Origin: Octopus sinensis
Taxonomy: Eukaryota
NCBI RefSeq assembly: GCF_006345805.1
Contig: NC_043008.1
Coordinates: 15,996,001-16,060,000 of the forward strand
DNA length: 64,000 nucleotides
Direction: 5' to 3'
Part shown: positions 1-12,257 of the stretch, one piece after another
Position numbering within the stretch: the first letter of the stretch is position 1
Layout of the letters: each line of letters begins with the position of its first letter
Made by a program: the position numbers and the translations under genes
The notes under the pieces: generated by a model
What the model saw: the letters and a program-made list of their open reading frames with translations, nothing else
Database searches by the model: none
What the model was told of the DNA's origin: nothing

Positions 1-327
1 TGCGTGACACCTTGGGCAAGTGTCTTCTACTATAGCCTCGGGCCGACCAAACCCTTGTGAGTGGATTTGGTAGACGGAAACTGAAAGAAGCCCGACGTAT
101 ATATGTATATATATATATGCGTGTGTGTGTTTGTGTGTCTCTGTTTGTCCCCTAGTGTTTATGTCCCCGTTACTTAGTGGTTCGGCAAAAGAGACCGATA
201 GAATAAGTACTGGGCTTACAAAAAAACGAATAAGTCCCGGGTTCGTGTTGCTCGATTAAAGGCGGTGCTCCAGCATGGCCGCAGTCAAATGACTGAAACA
301 AGTAAAAGATTAAAAGAGTAAAGAGTA
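1..327 (+). mobile_element. tRNA-derived CORE-type SINE, family A here (5' part cut by window edge)
   Basis: CORE-like CCTTGGGCAAGTGTCTTCTACTATAGCC, internal (TA/TG)n and tail ...CAGTCAAATGACTGAAACAAGTAAAAG. Same sequence recurs at 2941, 23622, 40590, 47235 and 49174. Confidence 0.85.
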
Positions 328-544
328 TACATATATACATACATAATACATACATACATAGAATATCTATATAGAGGTTACTATCGCGCAAGGCCCTGGT
401 TCGGGCCCAAAATTTCTAGTTATTTTACCAGGCTTAGAAAAAACTGAGAGGTATATATTGAATAAAATCATAATAAAGTGAATTTCGTTACTTTCGTTTA
501 CCGAGAGCAAGGAACATATCACCACCCCTTCGTATACATGTGTC

Positions 545-687
545 TTATTAAATATATATGTGTATGTATATATATGTTTGTCTGTCTGTCTATCTGTCTG
601 TGTGTATTAATATATATGTATATATGTGTGTGTATGTGTATCTGCATATGTATATGTATATATGAGGTTTCTCTTATGAGGTTTTCT

Positions 688-736
<49 letters not shown>

Positions 737-790
737 AGATATAGAGTGATAGATAGGTACATACATACATAATCAGATAGATAGGCAGAT
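545..790. repeat. compound (TG)n/(TA)n/(GATA)n microsatellite
   Basis: Direct reading; it generates the YIYI/CVCV pseudo-ORFs. Confidence 0.9.
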
Positions 791-970
791 GCCTTGTGTA
801 GTGTATGCGCATATTAACTGTATGAATGCAGGTCGATATTCGATCCTTTCTAGAAGTATATCTAAATGCAATTTGTGCGTTCATCACCTTTCAGTTTTCA
901 CTGCAATTACGCTACACATATAACTGTAGTATAACAGCTGTTTATGCGGATATATGAACACACACACACA

Positions 971-1022
<52 letters not shown>

Positions 1023-1043
1023 GTAAAAGTAAAACAAATTATA

Positions 1044-1263
1044 CAAACTGGGACAAGAACATGAAACACCTAGAAGACGACACAAGAAACACAGGACGGG
1101 ACTTTCGAAGCCCTCAATCATCAGTCAAGAACCGGATCATCTTCGCAATTTCGGCTGATTAATCTTGAGATTGTTCCGATCTGGGCAGCCCCCAAGGGAA
1201 ATATAAGCCAAGCGCATTAGAACCCTTGGAAGAAAGCCTCGAATGTATACAGCACAAGGACGA
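1044..1263. repeat. unclassified interspersed repeat, copy 1 (possibly Penelope pseudo-LTR related)
   Basis: ACAGGACGGGAC..TCGAAGCCCTCA.TCATC...CAATTTCGGCTGATTAATCTTGAGATTG...CGAATGTATAC is shared with 51292-51530. Confidence 0.7.
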
Positions 1264-1405
1264 TATATACATATATATATGTTGTAACGGATACCTCCAA
1301 ATGAGAAGTGGGTTATTCCACTACTGATAAACAAGGAGTGTCAGTCGGCGAGGTACACCGTACGGGCCAGCCACGCAGACGACGAGGTTACATCGTCAGA
1401 ATGTA

Positions 1406-1446
<41 letters not shown>

Positions 1447-2146
1447 AATATCTGTGTGTGTGATTGCTTGTGCGTGTATCTGTGCATATATATATATCCA
1501 TAGATACACACGACTTCTTATTCCATAGTAGCATTGTGATTATGTTGCAAAACTGCTCGTAAAATTATACGACAATATTATGAAGTAAAGACATAAAAGA
1601 AAATATGAGAAGCGTTAGACAATATTAAATTTACAAAGAAAATTGAAAGATTTTCCATAACACCATTCTCCTTATGATTAAATGGCTTAACGTTGTTTAT
1701 TCATAGCTATGAAATATGCTGAGAAAATGAAAATGACAGAAAGATTATGTACGAATATAATCAATCATATTTACACCAAACTAATACAGAGGTGGAGTTT
1801 TTTTTTCGTATGTTTGTTTAAAATATATTATCAACATATATTAGAATTTTGTATGATACAGCGCAAAGAAATGCAATAGCTTGCTTCATAAGTAGCATAT
1901 GCTAGAGAGAAAACGTGGCCACCATGACAACGTATATCAGCTTCGTGTAAATAATAGGCGCTGTTGATGTTTTTCTTCTTTAGACCAGGTGAGTCTTGAT
2001 CGAATACATCTCAAGTCATCTGACATTTAAACCTTAACCACCCTGTCCGTTCGTGTTTTGAGTACTAGATTACCTAACGGTTCCTTCAAATTTTAGACGG
2101 CCTCATGTAGTTCAAAGTATTTCTATTATTCTAACATAGTGTATCT

Positions 2147-2360
2147 GGAGGCGCGTGGTTTAGTGGTTAGGGGTGTTGGATTTGTGATCGAAAGATTCTA
2201 GTTTCGAATCCTGGACCGGGCGTGGCGTTGTGTTCTTGAGTAAATGACATCATTTCACGTTGCTCGAGTTCAATCAGCTGGCAGAGACGGTTGATCCTAC
2301 AGCAGAGCGTTGTCCCAACCTGGTGGAGAATATAACGTCATAGAAACCGTCAATATAAGA
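2147..2360 (+). mobile_element. tRNA-derived CORE-type SINE, family D here
   Basis: Head GGAGGCGCGTGGTTTAGTGGTTAGG (A box), GTTTCGAATCC (B box), then CORE-like GTGTTCTTGAGTAAA..CATTTCACGTTGCTC. Confidence 0.75.
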
Positions 2361-2940
2361 CGGAAATGAACATTACTCAATTTTTCTTCTGTTTAAAGTA
2401 ACTAGTAGTACATTTTTAATCATAAATATATTTCTGATAAATTGGATGCTATACACACAAATAGATTCACCAGCTAGAGGTACCCCGTTGTTTTTATGAT
2501 AATTCTTTTATCATGAAACACCAGCGCCTTCCACGAAAGAAATCTGATATTTGAATATTGACGCAAACACCAACAATTCTAGAGTCAAATAAGCAAGTCT
2601 CGTCTTAGCTTCCTCAGCCTGCGAGACATAACGATCACATCTCTCATGAAAGACAGTCGAATGTACCATTCGTAAGTTATATAATACAGTGTTGGATAAA
2701 GAAACCCTGAGAATATGACTCATTGCAGTAATTTTGTCGTAGATATGACTAATGACTACTCAGTTGGAGCTAAAAAGGCGCGACAGCACTGTCATTAGGT
2801 GCATGCACGAACACTAAATAGAACCTCGAGTGAGAGAAAGACATTGTGGGAGACAGATAGAGCGAGGGAGGAAGAAAGAGAGAATGAGAAAGCGAGAGAA
2901 AGCGAGAGAGAGGGAGACAGAGGGAGAGATCCTGAACGGT

Positions 2941-3338
2941 CTCTTTTACTCTTTTATTTGTTTCAGTCATTTGACTGTGGCCTTACTGGAACCCGCCTTT
3001 CGGCGAGTAAGTCGACCCAGGAATTATTCTTTGTAAGCCTAGTACTTATTCTATCGGTCTCTTTTGCCGAACCGCTAAGTTACGGGGATGTAAACACACC
3101 AGCATCGGTTGTCAAACGATGTTGCGGGGACAAACGCAGACACACAAACATATACACCCACAAATACATATATATATATATATATATATATACGTATATA
3201 CGACGGGCTTCTTTCAGTTTCCGTCCACCAAATCCGCTCACAAGGCTTTGGTCGGCCCGAGGCTATTGTAGAAGACACTTGGCCAAGTTTCCACACAGTG
3301 GGACTGAACCCGGAACCATGTGGTTGGTAAGCAAGCTA
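2941..3338 (-). mobile_element. family A SINE, near full length
   Basis: Reverse complement of the 1-327 and 49174-49577 copies; B box GGTTCAGTCCC on the minus strand. Confidence 0.9.
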
Positions 3339-3407
3339 ACATCATATTGGAAACAGGACGAAATCCAAAGCATGAAGAAATCAATCACGGGCTGGTAATT
3401 CTAGAAC

Positions 3408-3457
3408 CACCACCTACACCACCACCACCACCACCACCACCTCTACTACTACTACTA

Positions 3458-3511
<54 letters not shown>

Positions 3512-3600
3512 AACTGCTGCAACTACTTCTATACTATAATTATTATTGCCACCATTCTCACCATCATAAAAACACCACCACCACCGCCACCACCAATACG
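3408..3600. repeat. (CCA)n/(CTA)n trinucleotide array
   Basis: Direct reading. Confidence 0.9.
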
Positions 3601-3837
3601 ACTTCCGCTACTAAGCTAAATATCGCATTCTATCCATATCGCATTAATTATATTTCTATTGATTTCCATGGATTGGCTAAAATCATTAAATAATTGGTGA
3701 ATACCCAAAAGCATTTGTTCCGGTTTGCTACGTTCCAACCTAAACATTTATTCCTCGGGGGTAGATAAACTGAAGAACCAGTGAAGTACCAAATGCGATG
3801 GTATCAAAGAGCACCGACATCTCAAAATCACTGGCAT

Positions 3838-3879
3838 TTATTATTGTTGTTGTTGTTGCTATTATTATTATTATTATTA

Positions 3880-3923
<44 letters not shown>

Positions 3924-3937
3924 TATTATTATAATTA
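3838..3937. repeat. (TAA)n tail/target array of the adjacent R4/Dong element
   Basis: (ATT)n on + is (AAT)n directly 3' of the minus-strand LINE. Confidence 0.85.
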
Positions 3938-3939
3938 TA

Positions 3940-4726
3940 GTTCAGTAGTTTTATTTTTGTATCGTGCTTTCACTTCACTACAAAGCGCACCTCTGTGTGC
4001 CTTGGGTATGTGCTGTGGTTTGTTGTGATGCTCTTATGGTTACTGAATTGAAAGTGTTTTGCGTAGGATGTGGGGAGTGCCACGTAGTGCAATTTTCTCT
4101 ATGTTATATATATTCGTAAGTCCTGGTGTTTTTGTTATGTATTTCTCTGAATATCTTTCTATCATACCCAATGCGCCTACTATGATAGGGATTGTTTCTG
4201 TTTTTAGATCCCACATTCGAGTTACCTCTATTTCCAGGTCTTTGTATTTTGAAAGATTCTCCGTTTCTTTTAGAGAAACATTATCATCTACTGGTATTGA
4301 TACATCAATTAGAAAGCATTTTTTCTTCATGATATCTGACAACTATATCCGGCATATTGGCCTTAATTTCACTATCTGTGTGTATTGGTATATATCCCAG
4401 AGTTTGGTTGCTTTTATGACCTTTTCTGGTGTGTGCCTATACCATCTTCTTTCTGTTGTTATTCCATAGTGTTGGCATGGCTTCCACTGTACGTAGGTCC
4501 CGACTCTGTCATCTCTGTGAATATATCCCTTCTTAGCCAGGACTGGGCAGCCAGAGATAATATGATTTATTGTTTTTTTTGTCCATCTCCACATATTCTG
4601 CAAGTTACTTGTTATGTTTCTTTTCATTATATTTTTTTAGTAATTTCTGGTGAGGAGACTTTGACCTTCTGCTGCAATTAAAAATCCCTCTGTCTCTGCT
4701 TTGAGTCCTGAGCTCCTCAGCCATTG
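3940..4726 (-). mobile_element. R4/Dong-clade non-LTR retrotransposon, 5'-truncated 3' end (zinc knuckle + REL endonuclease), frameshifted
   Basis: Minus-strand peptides WLRSSGLKAETEGFLIAA, TINHIISGCPVLAKKGYIHR, CFLIDVSIPVDDNVSLKE..KYKDLEIEVTRMW..IPIIVGALG..ILRKTL match the R4/Dong CCHC and PD-(D/E)xK motifs. Short 3'UTR, then (TAA)n. Confidence 0.85.
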
Positions 4727-4800
4727 CTGGGATTTTTCTCCCTAATCGTCTAGACCCCTCCCACCAAAACTTTAGGCTTTCTGCCTTTAGTACAAAGGTT

Positions 4801-4815
4801 TATTATTATTATTAA

Positions 4816-4873
<58 letters not shown>
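4801..4873. repeat. (ATT)n array
   Basis: Direct reading. Confidence 0.9.
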
Positions 4874-5030
4874 GGTACCGCGTTTCGTCCGTCCTTAGAT
4901 TCTGAATTTACATTTCACCCTTTCGCGGTCGATAAATTAAGTACCATCTGCACGCTGGGGTCAATGTAATCGAGATAGCTCCCCCACCCAAAAAAATGTG
5001 TTGCCCTTGTGGCAAAATTTGAAACAATTA
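4874..5030 (+). mobile_element. tRNA-derived SINE, family B here (partial), embedded in (ATT)n
   Basis: TTTCGCGGTCGATAAATTAAGTACC...GTGGCAAAATTTGAAAC followed by ATTATT; matches copies at 12258, 22170 and 43105. Confidence 0.7.
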
Positions 5031-5084
5031 TTATTATTATTATTGGTGGTGTTTGTGGTAGCAGTAGCACCAGCAGAACCAGCA

Positions 5085-5094
5085 GTAGTAATAT

Positions 5095-5147
<53 letters not shown>

Positions 5148-5190
5148 TAGTAGTAGTAGTAGTTGTAGTAGTAGTAGTAGTGGTGGTGGT
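5085..5190. repeat. (AGT)n array
   Basis: Direct reading. Confidence 0.9.
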
Positions 5191-5689
5191 GGCGACGGGA
5201 GTAATAGCCGATGCATATCTGGCAGCAAGTTCAAGCTAACAGCGGTTGAAATCGATTACACATGACCGGGTGGTATCTTGGTATCGCAAGAGATTGAAGT
5301 TTTTTACAGCATGCTGCTTTCGCTGTATAATATAGTCTCCCAGTTCGTCTGACACTAATTTTAGTCTTGGCGTAAATATTTGTAAGTAAATATTATTCTA
5401 TGAAGCTACATAGTTTAATAAGTGAAAGAACAAACAAATAGAAACCCCCCAAAAAGAGCAAATCATGTGGCATGGTTCTGCTACCTGGCAGCTACATCCT
5501 ATTTCCATTTCTGCTTCATGTCCCCAGTAATTACAGGAAGTGAAGGCGTGTATCATAGCTATTAGTGCTGTTTCAGGTGCCTTTATTTGTTCATTGTTGA
5601 CCTGAAAATGATGCATTAATATAAGGTTTAGATCAAACAAGCATCGCATATATATCTCGATACACGAAGAGGTGCTAACACGTTCTTGG

Positions 5690-5879
5690 TTTTAAGTGTA
5701 CCACGAAAGTCCTATTTCGAGACCCAACCTTCTATGTTCTTTTACAGGGCTTAGATGAACTGAAGGACTGTTGCAATAAGTGTATGGATCTGAGAGGGGG
5801 ATATGTTGAATAAAACCATAACTGATTCTCCAATATTTTCTTTTACTCAAAGCCAGGAACTTTTCAGCAATCCCTCGTA
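5690..5879 (+). mobile_element. mariner 3' remnant with right TIR
   Basis: + strand encodes NKCMDLRGGYVE* (mariner C-terminus KCxxxxGxYVE*). Ends ...GGAACTTTTCAGCAATCCCTCG+TA, the reverse complement of a TACGAGGG-type TIR with a TA target. Confidence 0.75.
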
Positions 5880-8800
5880 TTTGCGTTCTTGGAATGGCAC
5901 ATAATCCTAGATGCCCTAGCTGAAGTGATTGGCGAAAAGAAAACATCATATCAATGAGATACATCCTGGGGTACAACAATTCATTTTCTCGTAAGAACGA
6001 GGGAGTTTGTAATTATTTACAGAAAAATTTCCTCCGACATCTTTTTTATATATATGTATAAATTATTTAACTGCCCCTTCGGCAAAATCTTATTATTCGT
6101 GATATATAACATTGAATCTTGTCAGATATAGGTATTTGTTATAGTTTTAAGATTTTAGATCTTAGACTTAATTCAAACGCGATTACTTTAATAAAGATTT
6201 AAATCAATTTTATTAAAATAAGTATAAGGAATATGGTAATTATGTATGCGGTGTTTTTTTATATGATATGTTTGTCGTAGCGGTTTTCAAATATCATTCA
6301 CTTTGTCATATGCTGTAATACGTACAAAGGATTTCACATAAAGCAATCATTTACGTAAATTCGGAATCCGTCACATTAAATTGGAAGTGGTTAATATAGT
6401 GCACTCAGTCTAAAATATTGTAGTAGTATTTCAAACAGCATCAAGGGAAGGACTTAACATTCCTTATATGAGGAATAGTAACCAAAATAGAATATGCGCT
6501 GATTGTCCAAGAGTAATTTTTCCTGAATAGCATCATTTAAAAACTTCTGTCATCAAGGAAGAAAATGAGTACGCAATTACGTAAGTAATTTTCCTTAAAA
6601 AACACACCTTACATTATTGCAATCACCGGGGAAATATAACTTTCTTCATACTTTGGGTTGCTATTGTATACGTTAGAGGTTGGTAATTCATTTGCGTAGT
6701 TGTAATATAAGAGGACTGTTTCTAAGAATTCTTTTATGAAAGTGTTGTCTCAGCTGACTGTACATTTAACAATATATTGCTTTTGTTTTGAATCGTTAAT
6801 ACCATTAATTCATAATTCATTTTCATTTTATCGCTTTGCATTGGCGAATACTTTGAGTCTTTTGACTACGCTTCACAAATATATCTTACACTTTTGACTT
6901 GATTTTGCAAGCATAACACATTTTCTAATATTCTTATCTACATATCACTTTGCAGTTTATCTTTTCCTCCTGATAAAATTTGTAATTGTATCTTGTTTTC
7001 TTACTTTTAAGAGATTGTTTTTCAATTTTCATTGGGCGCAACTTAATAGTTTATTTTTCACCAAGTTATTGCATATTAGGTCCCCAGACCTGTCTTATTA
7101 AAATTGTGTAATTTATAATATGTTCTGCTGACTAAGTAAATTATTGCCTATTCTCTATGTGTCACTTGGGTTAATTTATTCAATACTCCTAAAATTGTTA
7201 TTTATATCGTTCTTTTATGAAATACTTTCTTCATAATCTTCGTGGTTTTCGTTGCATAATTATTGTCACGAAATTCTTTTACAAATGTTGAAGTATTGGT
7301 TACCTTATTTTGCCATGTGTGTGTTTTTGCATGTTAGGAAATCGACCGCCACTTCCGTGGTTCTCACGTCATTAAATATTTACTTTTTCTTTTGATTTAG
7401 AGATATATTAAAATGATAATTACTGTGTAATACCAATACATTTCTTTTGAAGGTATGCGTATTTCTTGTTGCATAGTATTGCTGTACATTTCTGCATCCG
7501 ATGGCAATATTCAACAGTTAATACATGAGCCATCGTCAAATAAAGCCCAATTTTTATTTATATATGTCTTCCATGACGGTGGAAATAGACCTCGAAACGC
7601 ATGCTAGCTACCTTATTGCTTTATAGGACATGATTTTCATAATCTACATTTCAGTATCTGTTACACTGTTCATTGGGCGCTTCTAGATATATGACTATTT
7701 ATAGCTGAAATAAAGTGACTCCTGTTTCATCTACAGTGTGAGGTAAATCTTTATAGCAACAAACTTACATCGCAATGACAACAGATGCACCGAATCAGAC
7801 AATAATATGTGCAAGGTAATCTGGCGAGCGAATTAGGATCAGTGATAAAATATTAAAATACATCAACTTAAAATATCGACAAGTGCCAAACCTCAATCTT
7901 TGAGTGTATAACTTGTCTGACATTAAATTATTCACCAAAATCGCAGAAACATTATCATGTTTGATGTTATATAATTTTACTGAGAAGCTATTCGAACAAA
8001 TTCTTTCGCGTGTTCGTATTCCGCACAATCGACACAAGAAACTGGATAACGTTCCTTTTGTGATACAGTAAGTAATCCACGGTTAATATTAAAAATAATC
8101 AAAATCATGTGAAAGTCGTGGGTTGTAACAAAGTAGCAGCCATCAGTGAATTAGTAGGAATAGTCAAAAATAAAAAAAAAGAAAGTAAACTAATTATTAT
8201 ACTAATTATTCAACTAAACTATACTCAGAGGATACAGATAAAATTATAATTCATTGGCATTCATATTAGGAACGCCAATGAATTATAATAAAAGAACTGA
8301 CAATATCGGGGGTTAACATTGATATATCTATATAAAAAATATCCATAGTCAGTTTCCGAAGCAGAGCATCATAGCCTTTCTTTCTATAAAGCCGTTAATG
8401 TTCTCTGTAACAAAAGTGAATATTCCACCATCAATCAAGAGGATTATCAGCAATTCTTTAATGGAAATATATTCAGGCAGGCATCTTCGTTTTACTTTGA
8501 AGATCCGAAATGGCTGGTGTTTCAAAGACAAATATATAAAACAGTTTGGGTACTAAAATTTACACAATTTAAATTAGGACAAAACAGACTTACAAATTGT
8601 TTTTAAAGCTCCACCTTGCACCCAGCCTGAACCTGAATATCATCAGAAATATGGCAAGGTCCTTTCTCATACCAAACGGTAGCTGTTGAACAGAAACAGT
8701 ATGAGATTTAACTAGAGATGTACAAAAAACAAAAGATGAAATTTATCGCGTAGCTACAACCTTATAGTCTTCAGCCGTGCCATCAAGTTGCAGTAAATAA

Positions 8801-9677
8801 CTTTTGACAATCAACTTAAGATTTCATTTAGAAAAAAATCAAGAAATAAATTTGTCTGTGCAACCTGGGATAAGATTCCGCTGCCCTAGAATAACGTGCT
8901 CTCCTTTAGCTTCCATAACTAATTATCTTGCTCTGTTACTATGCTAGTTGTGTATGTTTTCGACTTTAAACATATGGAGTCTTCTCTTGCATTGATTTTA
9001 AGCCTTTACATTATTCTACGCTAATGAATAAGTAAATTAACAGGCTATAAAAGCTAGTTAATAACGGTTGTTAGGATAATTTTTTATACAAGAATTATGC
9101 AATAATATACAAATGAATTCAATGCTACATATAGAAGACAGCAAAATCAATGAAGCACATAAAATCTGTATTATGCATCGTGACTATAGAATAGCCTGTC
9201 CTTATATCCCAGCTGCAGAAGCAAAGTTTTCTGGCTATAAAACAGCTGCATACGTTATAACAACTGCCATTAATTGGAATGCAACATACCTTAAACGAGA
9301 TCATATACAATCATTAAATAATTCGCTAAAGAATAAAAAAGCATAAATTATGAACCCAAAAAATAAACATGAGCGATAGAGTGTAAATGATATAAATACG
9401 AAAGAATAGGTGACACATTAAAATGGATACCAAGGAAACAGAGATATTCATGATCACCAGAGACAAATAAAATCCAACATAAAAAAAAGCAAGCGTATAG
9501 TTTTTGTGTGCAAGACACGAATGCGTTGAATAAATTTCAAGCGATGCCTAAAAACTTGTGGGAGACAAAGAGTACGATCGTTGAATAATATGTTAGGAAA
9601 CAAAAAGCAGTAAAATGTATCGCAAAGTGTTTTGTCCGACACTCTAAACATCTAAAGCCACCTTCAATCCACCGCCG

Positions 9678-9715
9678 TAATAATAATAATAATAATGATA
9701 ATAATAATAATAGTA

Positions 9716-9767
<52 letters not shown>

Positions 9768-9790
9768 TAATATTAATAACAATAATAATG

Positions 9791-9860
<70 letters not shown>

Positions 9861-9865
9861 CAATA
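9678..9865. repeat. (AAT)n array, with a decayed family B SINE head abutting at ~9580-9677
   Basis: Direct reading. Confidence 0.85.
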
Positions 9866-10059
9866 ATGAAGGATCATAAATACACGTTGGGGACTGAACA
9901 CAAATTTAGAATACAATTACAGTGGGATTATATAATAAAAAAAAATTGTTTAATGTTCACAAAAGTATAGCAACGAATAAAATTCTAGCAATTAAAATCC
10001 CACAAAGAGGGAGACTTCTTGGAGCTGCTAAAAACACCACCACAACCGCTATGCTCTTA

Positions 10060-11330
10060 CTTCTCGGGTAAATGCCCTCTCATATTCATCAAATCTCCAT
10101 TCAACGGGTGTTGAGAGCAAATGAGGCACCTAACCGGAGGAACGCGTCCCTTCCAGAGAGGGTGAAGGAGTGTTCGCTGCAGTGTGATCAGATGTAAACT
10201 GGGGCAAGAGATAAAACGGAGCCGATGTAAGCATTGGCCGGTTCTACTCGACAATTATAGAATACCTTTCTCTCGGCCAATTTCTGGGTGAGGTTGTCCA
10301 CTGTGCTCGTCGCCTAGTCTTCATCTGGACATCCAGACCAACCCTGACCATAAAGAGTTTAAACGGTACCTCGGTGCAGAGTCCTACGAAGTTATTGGAC
10401 GGCTTGTATGTGCCTCTCTAGGTGTCGAGCTGTGGGCCCAATGACAGTGACCTATACTGTGTATGTTGACACGATCCTTTGATATCCTAGTTCGCAGGGT
10501 AGCCTCTCAACGCTTCCAGTTTCTGCAATAGTAGCTCCAAAGCCGGAACACACCGAAAGAACGAGAGCGGGCACAAAAGAATGAAAAAAAAACTACTGGG
10601 CATATGTTGCTGTAAAGCGGCTGCCGTGAGAATTGCTGCCACGAAGACTTTAGAGCGATCCAAATTGATAAGAGCCCGAACCATACCAGCTTCTTTAACC
10701 ACATCGCCTGTAATTTATAGTATGAGGTAGGTGGATCTACTTGGGATGGCGCATATTTGCGTATCAATGGAGACTACACTTCGTTCTACACTGTCATCCG
10801 TCTCAAAGAGTTAGGCGAAGTGTTATTGGAACGCCACACACTACCGCTTGGGCACGAGTACTCTGTATCTATTTTAGTCCACCTAAGACAAAGTTGTGGC
10901 TTTGACTTTCTTTGCCCCACTGGCACTCGGGCCTCTCGAGTGCTTTCATTCTTTCTTGTCTTAGAGAGCACACCTTCACACTGGTACAGTATCCTTCGTG
11001 TTTAGCGTTGAACTTGGTCTCGGGTCAATGCCGTCGCTAGCTCGACGGTTACGATGCACTTCGTAAGCGCCCCTTTTAAGTTTATCACAAAGCTCCCTCC
11101 TATTCTATTACTTTCTATCGCTAATGCCTTACTAAACATAGTTGATTCTACTCTAATTGTTTCGTTTTCAGGGCAAACCACCATTTATTGTTGACGATTG
11201 ATCGCGTCAACGCCCGTTTAACTACTTCACTAATTTGGTCTCTGTAAGCTTGGCATGCCGAAAGTGACGTGTTCAACTTCTAGTAACCAGATCTCCGCAC
11301 ACGAAGTCTATCTAGGTTGACCGTGTAGAC
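10060..11330 (-). mobile_element. L1/Tx1-clade LINE relic (linker + RT + thumb), heavily deleted
   Basis: Minus-strand pieces in order: NKWWFALK, FSKALAIE, PITL, AIPSRS, VKEAGMVRALINLDRSKVF (LDQSKAFD motif), CPLS..LELLLQKLEALRG, LTQKLAERK, LQRTLLHPLWKGRVP..CSQHPLNG. Confidence 0.8.
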
Positions 11331-11335
11331 CCCAA

Positions 11336-11468
11336 TTTTTTTTCTTTTGTGTCCTCTCTCATTCTTTCGGTGTGCTCCGGGTTTAGAGCCACGACTGCAG
11401 AAACTGGAGACGTTGAGAGGCTATCCGTGCGAACTAGGATATCGGAGGATCGTGTCAGTAAACACAGT
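11336..11468 (+). mobile_element. inverted duplicate of part of the Tx1 RT (CPLS..LEP region)
   Basis: About 85% identical by eye to the reverse complement of 10456-10592. Confidence 0.85.
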
Positions 11469-11919
11469 AGATAATACTCAATCTAGATACGACCTAGATG
11501 AACCAATGTGCGTCGTCCATATCCACACTGGAACATCCTAGAAATCCAGTCAGTCGCTGTCAGACAGTTGAAAAAGCCTGAGTGGTGTGTGTGGCTTTTG
11601 CGCCTCTCTCATAATATAAACGTATATTAATATGGAGTTCCAATCACTCATTATTAGCAATGAAGATCGAGGCATTGCCTGGAAAAGGTAGACGTCTGAA
11701 AAAGTATGGTTGCCCGGTCGGAGCATAAGGAGACAATAGTCAGAAGGAACACTATTTGTTACTATTCACATCCATTCTACGTCCTGGAAGATAGTATTAA
11801 TCTTGAAATCCAGACTTCCCTCTTTCACACACATACATATGTATATGCATATATATATATATATATATTCTACAATATATTTTGTAAGTTCCCCATAGAA
11901 GCGTAAAAAATTGTCAACA

Positions 11920-11990
11920 AACAGCCCGGGGACTCGAACCCACGTTCGCCAACACTGTGGCTGAGTGCTTTCCCATTAAGCTAAACTGCT
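11920..11990 (-). ncRNA. tRNA-like Pol III unit (tRNA pseudogene or SINE head)
   Basis: Minus strand: acceptor AGCAGTT/GGCTGTT pairs 7/7 with wobbles, D stem GCTT/AAGC, A box TAGCTTAATGG, B box GGTTCGAGTCC, T6 about 10 nt downstream. Anticodon and T stems are imperfect. Confidence 0.55.
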
Positions 11991-12257
11991 CGTGGACATA
12001 TTTCCCACTGATTTCGACGTTAAATAAACTAATTGAACAACACGTGTGTATTTATATAAATTAAATAACATTTGAGTTATTAGAAGCGTCGGAATGTGTA
12101 TTGTATGATATGATGTATTCCTGCTGTTCTAATTGCAATTCTGTGTTCTAAATTAAAATTATTCTTCCTGTATCGTGCAATAGACATTTCGACTCTTCTA
12201 ATATAACGCATGTTACTATGCTTATATTCATATCCCCACAACACATATATTTATATG

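Noticed and set aside
170-391. ORFs such as YLFQSFDCGHAGAPP and the 199-aa ORF at 2799-3398
   Set aside because: Read-through of family A SINE sequence.
1085-1125. Minus-strand CTGATGA...GAAA suggesting a hammerhead ribozyme
   Set aside because: No stem II or stem I pairing, and the second copy at ~51340 has GAAT.
5692-5979. Minus ORF with a YWRI...VHL pattern reminiscent of Helitron Rep
   Set aside because: Explained as the antisense of a mariner C-terminus and TIR.
7335-7375. ETS-like CACTTCCG and CRE-like TCACGTCA motifs
   Set aside because: Short motifs with no associated first exon or CpG-rich context.
8850-8905. GEHVILGQRNLIP, faintly like the Helitron helicase GExVxIPRI motif
   Set aside because: Short, with no neighbouring helicase motifs.
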